A stretch of DNA of 64,000 bases from Sphagnum compactum (GCA_965153455.1 OZ234493.1:5642001-5706000), one strand, 5' to 3'. Counted from the first letter of the stretch, positions 12,201 through 24,472 are shown. Numbers and translations: made by a program. Notes: generated from the letters alone by a model not told the origin.

Positions 12201-12862
12201 TTAAAAAATTACAAAAATGAATAATAATAATAATAATATGATAAAAACCCCTAATCTCCTGCATCCATACAAACCTGCCCTAATTTAGTGCATTTAAGGT
12301 GTGTTCGCACTTGGTGTTAGGGACGCTAGTGTTTGAGTCCCCTAACACCAGGCTTCCTCTATACAAAATCAAAACAAAATTACAGAATAGAAACCCTAAT
12401 TTCTTTCTCGACTAAAACCTTAGACGAACTGCGTATTTGCCGTTGGCGGGTTTCGAACTGGGGACGTCTTTCTGTATTGACTTCGAGAGGAGAAGTCGAC
12501 AGGAAGCGTCGCGGAGGTCGCCATTGCTGCGACCTTGTTGCGTTCACCCTTCACACTTTCCTCTTCCTCTCTCCCTCAGCTCTCATCGCTACTGACATTC
12601 TCCGTCTTCTCACTCTCGAGCACTTCACTGCGGTGATTTCCAGACAATTCTGACGGAAGAAAGCCAAGAAATGAGGGAGAGCAGAGTGTTGGTATGTTCC
12701 TTCATCATGTGTGATGCTTTTCTTGCTACACACTTGTGTTGAGGGCAGTGAATCCTCGTAAGGATTGATGTACTGATTAGGTCTTAAGCTTAAGGAACGG
12801 TTGCTGTCCGGAAGCCTTTTTTTTTTCTCTTTTAAAAGGGTTTGGCGCTGTTGAAGCCGTTG

Positions 12863-15800
12863 ATGATGAAGAGAAGCAGGTCAGATAGTGAGGGAGGGGG
12901 ACGACCGGATCTTAAGGTAGAGGTACCTGTACGCCACAACATTTCATCTTGTCAACCGAGGGCGAGGTCGCCCCCCTCTTTGTCGCATCCACAAACCTCC
13001 CTGTCTCTGGCATCCTCTGATGGACGTGCTGCTGCTCCTGACCCGGCTTGGGGAAGCAACGCTGTGACCACGCAACGCGACTCGCGCTCTGACAGTGCAA
13101 GCTCGAGAGAAACATGGCCAACGGTAAGTAGGGTTTTTGGAAAGGAACTTGAGCTGTGAAAACAGAGGTTTGTGATCATGTAAATTGTGTGGTTTGGTTG
13201 ACCTAAGAAATTTACTTACCTATCTTCCCAGCAAGGCACGTCACAGCAAGACATGACGGGTGGTGGACAAGGCCCTGAAGATGATGAGGTTGGAGAAGAA
13301 GATGGAGAACTCGAAGAGGGTGAGCAAACAGTTGTCCACAGAGTCAACAATTCTAACCGGATACAACCACGTGATGTTCTGCGGGAGGGCTTGGAAGTCA
13401 TGGCAGAACGGATGCGTGATCAACCTGATGAGTTGTTGGAAGAGTTGAAGGTAAGTTCCACATCTTTCTTACATTCACATGTATGCTTGCTGCTTCTCTG
13501 GTGGCAAGAGAATGGATGAGTACTTTACGGACCTTCTTTCCAAGTGGCAACCTGAACAACAGCAGATCTCCCAGGGTTCATAAACCTTCTTCTATGATGT
13601 GGAGAAATGGCCATAAATCTAATCTTTGTTTCATCCTAACACTAGAGTTTGGGAAGTTTGGGTTCCTGTTTGTTTAAGCCCCTAACTCTCTGTTCCTCCT
13701 CCTCTTTGTTTGCCTATTTGCAGGGAGAGGGTTTCATTTTGTAATGATGTGCAACTAGTCTCTAGTTGTAACCCATATTTTTATCCCCATAGAATTTAAG
13801 TTATATGACTCATTTTTCTTTCTTGTAACAAAAGCCTGGTTTTCTTTTTGTTCTGTTATATCCCAAGATAAGTTTTCTATAATTTCCTCTCTAAATATAG
13901 AAATAAGAATCTGGTTCGTGTGCTTCTTTTGCTTTCTGATCCCCTCTTTCTGATCTGGGTCTTAGCATTGGCCATGCTTTGCAACTCATGAAGATTTTGA
14001 GACTATTTCTTAAAGAAAAGAACTTTATTCAGCTCCATCAAGTTCATTCTTCCTAGTTACAGGTCTCCTTATCTCAATCTTTGTCCTCCTGTATGAATAG
14101 TATAGATCTTTCATCCACTTAAAACTTTGCCATTGTTTTAGATTGTCCTCCTCAGATAGTTAGAATGCTTTGGTCCTCTACCTTATTGCTTGAAAGCACG
14201 TCGAAATTTCAGTTGAAGAGTTATTAAACAATATAGAGTTAGGGAGGTCTATTCATTCCTCTAAAGTCCAGCAAATGTTGCACAGTGACTGTGAGTGTAG
14301 TTGTTTTCCAAGGTTTGCTAATTCCTATTATCATGTTATTTCTGCAAATCTGGATATCCTTTCAAGCCTTTCTTTGATTTACCTCTTTTCTAGAGGTGCC
14401 AAGTTCTGAAGGGCTTTTCTTCCTTACATGTTATAACAGAAACTATTGAAAATGGTGTCAGGAAGTTTGTCAGTAAACAGGAAGAGCTTCTAGGACTTCA
14501 AGGGATCTCGAGTAAATGTAAATTCAAAGTTCTGTTGTTTGTTCAGGAGAGAATCTGCTGTCTCTCCATGTTACATTCCTCTTCTCGGTCTTCTTTTTCT
14601 GTTTTTTCAATTGATCTAGATCACCTGAAGATTTTTCATGTTTCTTTTGCTATAAGCTGCATGAATTAAGTGCACTAATATCTTTGTATTCGTCTATAAA
14701 AAGCACTATGTTTCTTCAGTTTTCTTTGAGTTTAATTTTCCAGTGGGTAAATATGAGGTTTCAAATGTTGCAAAGTCAGAAATCCGGAGACCTGATTGTT
14801 CTTTCACAAAAACTTGTAATTAAATTTGAGTGGTGAGAAGTGTGGCCTATATCTTCCTTCTCTCTGTCTTGTTTGGAAGGTTTAAAGACCCGATTAATCA
14901 AGATTTACTTGTGTGGCCAGTTTAACTTCTCACACAGCTATTTCTAAGTGGCTCAGTCCTTTCTACAAAGCTATACTACCTGTGGTCAACAATCTTTAGG
15001 CATTGAAGCTCTGAAAAGCTAGTGGTGCTTCTATTTGTAGTTGGATTCTCAATGAGTCTATAGGAGCAATGGATATAATCAAACTCCTAAATCATTCAAG
15101 ATTGGAGGTTGATAAATATTCTTTGCTTTTGCTTTTGGAGGTTTGATTTTTCAACTCTATACACTAAAAGCAACATGGTAGATTTAAAAGCTCATCTGAA
15201 TGTTCTGATTTAACCCAGTGTTTGGTTGGATGCTTAAATTTTGTGATTGTCAGTTTCTTGTTGTTTCAAAGAATGGCTCTTAATTTCAGGTATTGGTGGT
15301 GTAAGAATAAGTAAGAGAGAAGTTCTTTTGAGTTACTTAGTTTGTAGGTTTGTGGATGATTTTTTGTGTCGTGAACTTCTGAGTTTTGAGATTTTTATGT
15401 ACCTGGACAAAGATTCTTTTGGTGGCGGCATATACTGCTAAGTGTCTTGTGAGTTAAATTGCACTTCTACCTGCTTCTCCTGTAACTGTTCATAGTTTTT
15501 TCCCTGTTGTCCTTTCCTTTAGTTTTTCTTTTCCCTTTCTGTCGCTCTGTTTTTTTGTTGTGCTTGTTGTTGTGGTCTGTTGCTAGCCAGTAGTATGGCT
15601 GAGTCTTCCCATCGCTTCCAGAATTGCAGCAGAAACTCAGGTTGCAGGTTGGTGCTTGTCAAGGCCTTTACCCACTGTAGGGAGCTGATGAAGTCAGTGT
15701 GGAAGTTGTGGTAGTTAAGTCAATATCATACATACTACTGTTGATGGTCCTTGAACAGCTTTGAGACGGGCACTTTTGTTCATACCAGTGTGTGTTTTTT

Positions 15801-18800
15801 GTTTTTTGTTTGTTCTGTCGTTCCTAGTAACTTCTGGGATTTAGCCATAAACCAAAGAAAACTGTGGTCCTGGTTTCCTGAATTGTGAATATGGAGATTT
15901 CTTGATATTCATGAGTTTTTTTTAAAAATGGATTCCTTCACAGTACTGATCTGCAAATCTCTTTCAGATGGACGTGCGAGACATCCTGGGAAGTCCACAA
16001 CGAAGAGATGAATTTTTGCTACTGCAGAGGCTGCTACGGGTTCGCAGAGACCTCACTCGTGAAAATCTTATGCGGGCTCACCGAATACAGCTAGAAATAT
16101 TTGTGGCTTTGAGAACAGGCATCCTGGCATTCATACTCCCAGACATTAGTGTAACTCACACAGCCTTGGTGGAGATTTTCTTCCACAAACGGTGCAGAAA
16201 CATGGCCTGCCAAAGCCAGCTTCCAGCAAATGAGTGTTCATGTGAATGCTGTTGTTCCATGAATGGATTTTGCAACTCATGCATGTGTGTTGCATGTAGC
16301 AAGTTTGATTTTGAATCCAACAGCCTGCGTTGGATTGGGTGCGATGTTTGCCTCCATTGGACTCATGCTGATTGTGCACTAAGAGCTGGAGCATTTTTTA
16401 TGGGAGTAAGCTCCAAGGAGAAGCCTAAGTTGGGCACCAGTCACACAGGGAGGAGATCTGAACTGATGTTTCGTTGCAGAGCTTGTGGAAATGGTTCAGA
16501 GCTCTTGGGATGGGCCAAGGATGTATTCAGGCTTTTTGCTTCTCATTGGGACAGAGACACACTCATCAGGGAGCTGAATTATGTCCACCGTATCTTCCAT
16601 GTTTCAGATGACACCAGGGGGAAGCATTTCTACTGGAAATTTGAGGAACTTCTTGAGAAGCTCCAAAATGGAATGGATACCAACACTGCAATAAGAGATA
16701 TTCAGTGCTTTTGCCAAGGTCTGGTACTTGATTTTTGAACTAGATTCATCTTTTGATTGAAAAAATACTTACTGGACAAGCAGCTCACTTTTTGGATGTA
16801 TCCCATGTTCCTGTACTTTTGTTTATAGTCTTCAGGACATGAACTTTTTGTCTCCATTTTGTTGTTGCAGAGCCAGAGGTTGAGGAGAGCAAAGATGGGG
16901 ACAGGGAGGAGAAGCTGTTTGATCGGAGAGAAGTTTGTGATCGAGTTGCTGATATTGTGCAAGAAGCTATTACAAAACTGGCGACTGTTGCTGAAGAAAA
17001 GTCAAGTCAGCTGAAGAAGGCTCAGGTGGCACTTGGTGTCTATGATCGAGAGCTGGATGATAGGAAACGAGAGCTTGCAGAGTTACAGGTCTGTATTCTA
17101 GTATTCACATGTCTGACTATGATCTTATGTGCGCAAACCTAACTAGAGACATCTGAGAGGATTGGTTTGAATCTTACATACCAGCACTCCAAATAATCAG
17201 CAATTGATGTGAGAGTTCTGGTTTGGGCAGTTGGAGAAGCAAAGAAAGAAACAACAGATAGAGGAGCTGGAATCCATTGTGCGGCTCAAGAAGGCTGAAG
17301 CAGATATGTTCCAGTTCAAATCTGATGAAGCCCGACGGGGGGCTGAGGCTCTTCAAAGCATAGTGGCAGCAAAATCAGAGAAAGTTGAGGAAGAGTATGC
17401 AACCAGGTACAGCGTTCTTTCAAGCAGAGTAATGTCAAATCTCAGACTTTTACAGGGTGCATGACAGTAGGAGTTTGGAGTGGCCAATCCATTTTCAAGC
17501 TTGTCCGTGGATATGAATTCTATGTGTCAAAAGTTGCATTCTTGTTCCCAAAGCCTCATACAATAGTCTATTCCTGAGTAGACAATATTTTGTGGATTCC
17601 TGTCACCATTGTGTGACTATTTGTAGGAATTCTGGCTTACAAATGATGTAAGACAAATCGTTCTGTTTTGAGATGTTTGCATTATTCTCATGTTGTTCTG
17701 GAGACCATCAGATTCCATGTAAGCTTGCTTGATTGACTTTGTTGCTTGCTGCTTCTCTGTGGTTCAACTCTTCTAATTATTCTTTGTTAGTTCTTTTACA
17801 GGATTTGGATCACCTAAAGAGTCTACAGCGTTCCTTGGTTATCACTTACATGGATAAATGTAGTAATGATTTTGTGTTTGTTTGTAAAAAGTTCTATGTT
17901 TCTTCAATTTTCTTTGAGCTTAATTCTCCAGTTGCTATGTATGTGGTCTCCAATCTTGCCCAGTCTGAAATCCTGAAATCTCATCTTTCTTTTAATAAGG
18001 CTCATAATTTTAGTGGTGTAAAGTGTGGCCCTCATCTCCATTTCTTTGTGCTGTTTGGAAGTTTAAAAATCCAATTAAACCTAGATCTAATTGTTCAGCC
18101 AGCTCTGCTTCTCTTACTGAAGTTTCTAAGTGGCTGAGTTCTTTCTACAAAGCTTTTTTTCCTATGGTCAATGACCTTTGGGTGTCAAAACTCAAAATGG
18201 CCAATGTTCCTTGTGTTAGTAGTTGGATTCTCAATGACTCTAGAGGAGTAGTGGAGGTAATAAAACAACTTAATCTTTCAAGATTGGAAGTTGATAAAGC
18301 TTCTCCACTCTTGTTGCAGTCTTTTGATTTCTCAACTCTATATGCTAAAATTGACATAATAGATCTAAAAGCTCATTTGAAAGTTCTGATCAATAGAGTG
18401 TTTCATTGGATGTTGAAGCTTTCATCATTTTAAGTTTTTGTTGGTTCGAAGAATAGCTATGAACTTTAGGTTTTTGTGGCTGAAAAATAAATAAGAGATT
18501 AATTTGTTTGAAAATCTTCATAGCTTTAAAGTTGTGGAGGCTTCAGATTTGATCTCTTGGTTGGATTTCTTGCTAGATAATTTATTTCTTTTTTTTGGTC
18601 AATGTGGTTATAGACAATGTATTGGTATCCTCATGGGTACTAATTGTGCGGTCTATTCGGCTAATTTCTATCTCTTTTCCTATGATTTTGACTTCATAAT
18701 GCGTCTCTTGAAGAATAACAGATGTCCTGTTGTGCTTCATAGATTGTCCCTTGTTTGTAGGTTTGTGGACGATCTTCTTGTTCCTGATTTTCCAGACTTG

Positions 18801-20034
18801 TGAGTTGAATTGTACTTCTAATGGCTTCTCTCATAACTTCTTGGATCTGGTTGTGAAACAAAATCCTTAAGGTATATCCTCTGATGTCGAACGTTCTGAA
18901 TGAGAGTATGCAGGTATTGAAATGATTCGTATGCCTCATGTTCATTCCAACGTCTCAATTACTGCTAAGTTGGGTATCAATAGTCAATTTTACAGGTTTT
19001 TGAGGCTTTGTAGTTGTAAAGAGTTCTTTGTCTCTCAGATGGCCAGTCTTATTGTCCTTCTGAAAGAATAAAGAATAAAGGCTACCCTCTAAAGATTCTG
19101 TTAAACAGGACTAGAGGGTTGCTCAATAAAGAAAAATTCCTTTTTGGAATTTCAGCATTTGGAGTTTTCCAAATGATTCTGTATATAGTCTTGTAAGTGG
19201 CCAGCTTGTTGTAAGCCCACTTGGTTTTGTTCTTCCCAGCTGTCCGTTTCTGTGTTGTGTCTTTCCTGTTGTATCTTTCTGTTTTTTTGTTGTCTCCTCG
19301 TGATGTTGTTTGTTGCTAACCAGTAGCATGGCTGAGTCCTCCTGTTGCTTCTGGATTTGTAGCAGAAACTCAATATGCAGGTTTGTGTTTTCAATGGCCT
19401 TTACCCACTGTATGAGTTGATGAAGTGAGTGGGGAAGTAGTGATAGAGAAGTTCCTATCATACACACTACTGTTCTTGGTCCCTGAACAGGCATGAGACT
19501 GACACTACTGTTCATACTGCTTTCATGTTTTATTTTGTTTTTTTGGTTTTTGTTTCTTGGTCATTTGTTCTCTGTTTTGTCTTTGCTTCTTTGGAATTCT
19601 CTGTGGCTTGTTGAAGAAGTGTTAACCTTGCTTTGCTTTTTCTGAATTGTGAGAATGGAGATTTCTTGATTCTTATGAGAGATATATACTGATTCTGGCC
19701 ATATTTGTTTGTGCTCTGTTTCCTATTGAATCAGTGTAATCATTTGTTTGACTTTGACTGACCCTTTGGCCATGTGTGAAGGTATCTGAAGCTTCGATTG
19801 GATGAAGCTGAGGCTGAGAGGCGTTTACTCTTTGACAAGCTGCAAGGACCTGATGCTGTGCGGTGGCTACGAGGAGCAGACCCCTCTCAAACAGTTCTTC
19901 TCAACAAAATCCATGGCTTGTTTGAGCGAGTCGGGATGGTGTCCACCATGCCTGATACTGCTGCTCCATTCAGCCTTTCCAACTCTGGGGCATCACCAAC
20001 CAAGCCTTCTTCCTCTGGAATATCTCCACCTTGA
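12863..20034 (+). CDS. OBE: OBERON-family PHD finger/coiled-coil protein (OBE1/2-like), 6 exons, 625 aa
   Basis: Exons 12863-13123, 13232-13450, 15968-16718, 16871-17088, 17231-17406, 19782-20034 join in frame. Motifs SSRETWPT, FFHKRCRNMACQSQLP, PHD_Oberon (FCNSCMCVACSKFDF..WIGCDVCLHWTHADCALR..FRCRAC), coiled coil IEELESIVRLKKAEADMFQFKSDEARR and YLKLRLDEAEAERR. The last acceptor is AAG (19779-19781). Confidence 0.93.
14150..15920 (+). mobile_element. Penelope-like retroelement (Naiad/Chlamys-type), heavily decayed copy 1, in OBERON intron 2
   Basis: Remnants of CxC (about 14290), YHVISANLDIL (HVxTGDLxII-like, about 14330), LFSRGAKF (KGPKYR-like, about 14390), FDFSTLYTK (about 15143) and RFVDDF (about 15346). 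Clear nucleotide homology to 17780-19680, including the 3' tail. The 5' boundary is approximate. Confidence 0.75.
17730..19680 (+). mobile_element. Penelope-like retroelement (Naiad/Chlamys-type) RT, 5'-truncated decayed copy 2, in OBERON intron 5
   Basis: ITYMDKCSNDFVFVCKKFY (DK motif), WKFKNPIKPR..SLTEVSKWL, SFDFSTLYAKI, DFLLDNLF..YRQCIGILMGTNCAVYSANFYLFSY, RFVDDLL, thumb MPHVHSNVS..LGINSQFYRFLRLCS..NKGYP. No GIY-YIG seen after the thumb. Several stops and frameshifts. Confidence 0.85.
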
Positions 20035-20524
20035 GCTTTGTTTGCAGCAAGATGATGTTATACACACCTCAACAATTGTGCAATATGATTGCATCCTGAA
20101 TGTGACATGTGATTCCCAGGTATTGAACAACAGTAAGTGCCAGCGTGGACGAACTTTCTATTACTGCAGAGTTGCGTAGCGAGTGAGCCCCAGTTCAGAG
20201 GTCACGAAGTTTTCAGTTTCACATTCGCATGCAAATCTTGAACATAATACCGGAAAGAACTCAATGGAAAGGTTTTTATACATCCAAATTATGAGAATTG
20301 CATGATCAATTGGAAGAAAAGAATCTGTGTGATCAACTTCAGAATGGATGATATTAGTATATACATTAAATTAGAATACCCACAGTGATAAAAATTTGCC
20401 CGAATCTGTTTCAAGTTCATTCTTGGATGTGTTCATAAAACATCATTGAAAAACTACAAGGATAACGAAATATGTGCATGTGTTGAACAGTGAAATGTGC
20501 GGATTGTGTGCCTCTTTGAAGACA

Positions 20525-20615
20525 ATCCAGGGGGATTTTTTTTCCAATTTTGTGATGTAGTCAAACTGGCGATCATCCACACGAAGATTTATCCAAATTT
20601 GGCTATAGACCAGAT
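20525..20615 (+). repeat. Short dispersed repeat; a related copy lies at about 41705-41780
   Basis: CAATTTTGTGATGTAGTCAAACTGGCGATCATCC..GATTTATCCAAATTTGGCTATA versus CAATTTTGTGATGTAACCCAAACTGGGTATCATCC..GATTTAGCCAAATCTGGCTACA. Confidence 0.7.
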
Positions 20616-22303
20616 ATGAAAGTAATTTTAAAATAATAATCCGTCACATTTTTTGCTACAAAGCATGAACCCAAGAGAAAAATATGGCTATTTACTTAAA
20701 AATTAATCGAAATACATATATTTAAAAACCAAAAGAACAGACATAGTTTTAGCCATTTTGAAAAATAATAGCCAGAAATAAAAACGCCGGGTCCCGCCGT
20801 CCTCCTGGTCTTCTTCCGAGACATCCGATTAAAAAACTTTCCTAGCCCTGCCCGGTACGTGCAATGATAAAAGAAAAAACGCTAAAAGGACGACTCCTTA
20901 CAGCAAACGACAAAAAGCGGGAGAAAATCACGGAAAGATCGACTACTTGAGCTGAACCGACGGGCGGATACCAACGGCGACGAAAAGAGAAGGACGACGT
21001 ACGCAAAAGATGGAAAAGAGGCAAGGCCAGGGGTGGTGGTTGTTGTTGGTTTTTTTGGTTCCTTTGGTTGTTTTCTGGAAGGAAGTAAGTATTGTCGTGA
21101 TATTGTCGCTCCCACACACTCTGTCCTTTGTTCCCTCGTGCTGTTCCTGCACCCGTTGTCGTCCCTTCACCACACAAGCCCCCCTCCCCTCCCCTTCCTT
21201 CCTTCCTTCCTTCCTTCTAAGAACTTCGTCTTCTCTCTCTCACCACAAGCAGCAGCAGCAGAAGCAGCTACTCCTTTTGAAGCTCGAGACTACTTTACTT
21301 ACTATCGCTGCTGCAGCTATCTCTCTGTCTCCTCCCTTTCTCTTATTCTTCTTCTTCTTCTTCTACTAAAGCTTGTTAATTATTTTCCCTTTGCTCTTCT
21401 CTCTTGTAGCTCGAGGAGGCTGCAGACAGTCTGAGCCCAAGCATTCGTTGTTTTCTCAATTTGCTGAATCATTGAACTTCTTTCTTGGTGTATACCGGCC
21501 AGGGATTTTGATCTTGACTCCATCTTGCGTAGAAGCAGCTAGTATTACCTTCGTGTCTTCTTGCAAGCTTCGCTTTTCTTCTTTTCTTTTCGTGTTTAAT
21601 TTTGTTTTCAGCTTGTTTTGTTTATTCCTCTTTTTCTTTTTTTTGCCTCCCCAGCTTCGAGGTCATCTTATTTTGCGGCATTTTGTGTACGTCTTTTGTA
21701 CATCCTTTGTTCCTTCCTGTGGCCATTTTTGCACTCGTTTTCTTCATCTTGTTACCAGTTTTTCAACTATGCAGTAGCTTGGTTGCAACTTGCGGCCAGC
21801 ATCTCCATATTTTTGTTGCGTCTTTTTGTCCAGTTTTTTGTGCTTGTGTCGCATTTGTTATCCAGCTCTTGTGCATCTTCTCACCGTTTTGTGTCAAGCT
21901 TTTTGTGTGCAGAGTCCAGAGCTTTAGAGAATCTCTTCAGTTCATGGTGAAGACTGCTTATTTTCTTGCACCTGGAAACAGTGCAACAAATGGCCATATG
22001 TTGTTTCAGGCTGAAGAGCGGGATAGCAAAGGTTTAGATTTTTCCTCCTCCTTGTCCAGCAGAATCTGAGCTTCAGAGGCTGTCTGCTGGGGTTCTGGTT
22101 TGGACTCCGTGAGAAGCCGAGCGCACCGGTTCTGAGCGGGAAGAATAATATAGGGACACGTTCATCACGGAGTTCTCTTAAAAGAACAGAATCTTGCGAT
22201 ACGAGGGCGCTGAGAAAGGGAGACTTGGAGATGTCATCATCTTGAAGCGCCGTTATCGGTTTGCTTGGAAGTCCTTTCACTGCGGATTTGTTGATGGTAG
22301 ACA

Positions 22304-24472
22304 ATGCTTTCCCGGCAGTTGTGTTCTAATCCCCATTGCAAGCGGACATCTCCAGGAGATGGACCGTGAGTCTCTTCTTATCCTTCACCTTTTCCTCCCC
22401 TTATTTTGTCCCCTTCTTGGAGTGTTTCCCCTATTATGTGGTCGCTAAAGTGGTGGCATTTCTCCCAAGAAAGCTTGTCTGCAAGTTTGGAAGGAACAAT
22501 GATGCTTTGGTGGTAACTTCAGGCAGTGTGCAAAAGAAGATACAACAGCAATGTCTTCTCTCTATCACTGCTGTAGAAAAAAGATGCAACAATGAAGCTA
22601 CAGTGCAGTCCTTTGTCATCGTGGGTACTCCACACTTCTATTCTTATGAGAGATACTTCCTCATCTTTTGCAGGACTTGCCGGTGGCATGTGCGCAACTA
22701 CGGAAGTGAGAAGGAGCCAAAGCACGTCACGCTCTGCAATGCATGCAAAATCAACTTTGATCAGGTGAGGCTCATTGAGTCCCAGAGTCTGCAGAAGACT
22801 TTTAGGACAAGCTTTGTTTGTGACTGAAGAAGCTCCTTTTGTTCCTGCTCTCTATCATGCACAACCTAAACAAAAAAGAAGTGGGCTGGCATGCAGGGGA
22901 AGTACTGCCCATTCTGTGTTCAAATTTACCGGGAGAAGGATCCCGACAGCTTTGATGGAAAAGAGGTACTTGAAGAATGGTTGCATTCTTGACAGTTGAT
23001 GGGTTCTCCTTTTCCAGTTGCCATCAGTTCTCCTCCCTTCCATCTGGGCTCTTTCTGTCATTTATCATCTTTTCACTCTATTTCATGCAATTGGACCTTT
23101 CTTGTTTGCAGTGGGTTGGCTGTGATAATCGCACATGCCGGAGATGGGTACATGTGGACTGTGAAGTCAGTGCAGGGAACAAAGTTGATTCCACCGCTTT
23201 TTACCTATGTCCAAGCTGCAGAGAGGTAGCCATTTTGCACTAGTGATTTGTACATTGTCGGTTTGTTTTATTAGTCTTTTTCCGTGAATTTACAACAATG
23301 CATATGATCAATCTTGCTCATTTCTGTTCAAATTTTCTTCATTCTGGCGTTTGGGAAAACTGAGCTGAGTTTTTTATGATATCATTTAGCACTGATTTCA
23401 TTATCAATAGTCCAGAATCAACATGAAAAAGCTGATTGAAGCCTGGATGATCCTGCAACTGAACCCTATCTGCTACAACTGTCAAATGTATGCATTGTTT
23501 TAACTTCAGAGTTGTGGCATTTGGACACCTGCTGACTTGTTACAATCCAGAATGTGCAAGAGTTGAAGGAGAGGAAGCGGCTTAGTCGTCCTTCTGCTCA
23601 AGAGCAATCAGTTGTATTTGATAACCAAACCTATGTTGACAACGATGCCTTGGTGAGAATGTGGAAAGTGACCCCAGAGTTTGTTTTCCAAGACTGTACA
23701 TTTTACATTAGTAGAAGGAACTACAGATGTTTGGACACTTAGTGACAGAAGTCAAGATATCATACAGGAAGTTGACCAGAAGCTGAAGGGGCCATTATCA
23801 CTGAGGAGCTCCAGTTCAAGACGGCCTCTACAAGTAGATCTCTCCAAACTTGAGGTGAGTAGTCCTGTTCTGGTGCTCAGTATTATTAGCAACTTTTTGT
23901 TGAAGATTGCTGCCCCACTTCACCAGTTCATCTAAATTCAATGAACAAATTTCTTTTTTTGTGGATAATTTTGGTTATTCTTTTCCAGACTTCCTCCCTG
24001 AAGCGATACCGCCGTGTCTACAACTTAAGAGAGGTGACGAGCAGTTGCAAGGTAACATCTAGATCATGCCACCTTATTGTAGGTAGAGTGAACAGAGATT
24101 CTATTTGTGTGCTGTGCAAAGTTGATCTGTGGTTTAGCTGCTTGGAATATTACTACCTGCCATTTTTAGATTTCAGTGATACAGTTTGTTACTTTTTGCA
24201 GGAGGAGCTCATTGCAGCTGTAGCTCAGCATTTTGCTGCTCAGGTTTAGCCTCCACTGCCATTGAACCTGCTTGTGCTGTTTGTGTTTTATATACCATGA
24301 GTACCAGCAAATTGCTCTCTTTCGAGTACTGTACCACTCCTAACTGCTACTATGTCAGGTGGTGGAGGAGAACGAGACACTGTTGTCATTTGCATTCTTC
24401 TTGAAGAAACAGCAATCATTTGCAACCTCCACAATAACTCAGCATCAGGTAGCCCACACTGTAGCCAAATAA
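22304..24472 (+). CDS. Zn-finger + PHD finger + SAP30 Sin3-binding domain protein (putative Sin3/HDAC subunit), 9 exons, about 247 aa
   Basis: Exons 22304-22365, 22674-22764, 22897-22965, 23112-23225, 23551-23652, 23768-23854, 23989-24051, 24202-24243, 24359-24472; GT-AG, in frame, ATG preceded by an in-frame TAG; the exon 6 acceptor is the least certain. N-terminus CSNPHC..W..TLCNAC then KYCPFC..WVGCDNRTCRRWVHVDC..YLCPSC; C-terminus VDLSKLETSSLKRYRRVYNL..KEELIAAVAQHFAAQVVEENETLLSF. Confidence 0.85.

Noticed and set aside
15595-15715. Canonical hammerhead ribozyme from CTGAGTC / GAAACTCAG / CTGATGA
   Set aside because: The core words are present, but their order and stems I and II do not fit type I, II or III topology, and copy 2 has TTGATGA. 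Kept only as a structured-tail hypothesis.
20842-22069. Cluster of hydrophobic F/L/C-rich ORFs
   Set aside because: By-products of the pyrimidine-rich promoter, 5' UTR and intron of the PHD-SAP30 gene; no homology cues.
22194-22448. 84-aa ORF as first exon of the PHD-SAP30 gene
   Set aside because: Wrong frame; the ATG at 22304 (MLSRQLCSNPHC) splices in phase to exon 2 and supplies the first two cysteines.
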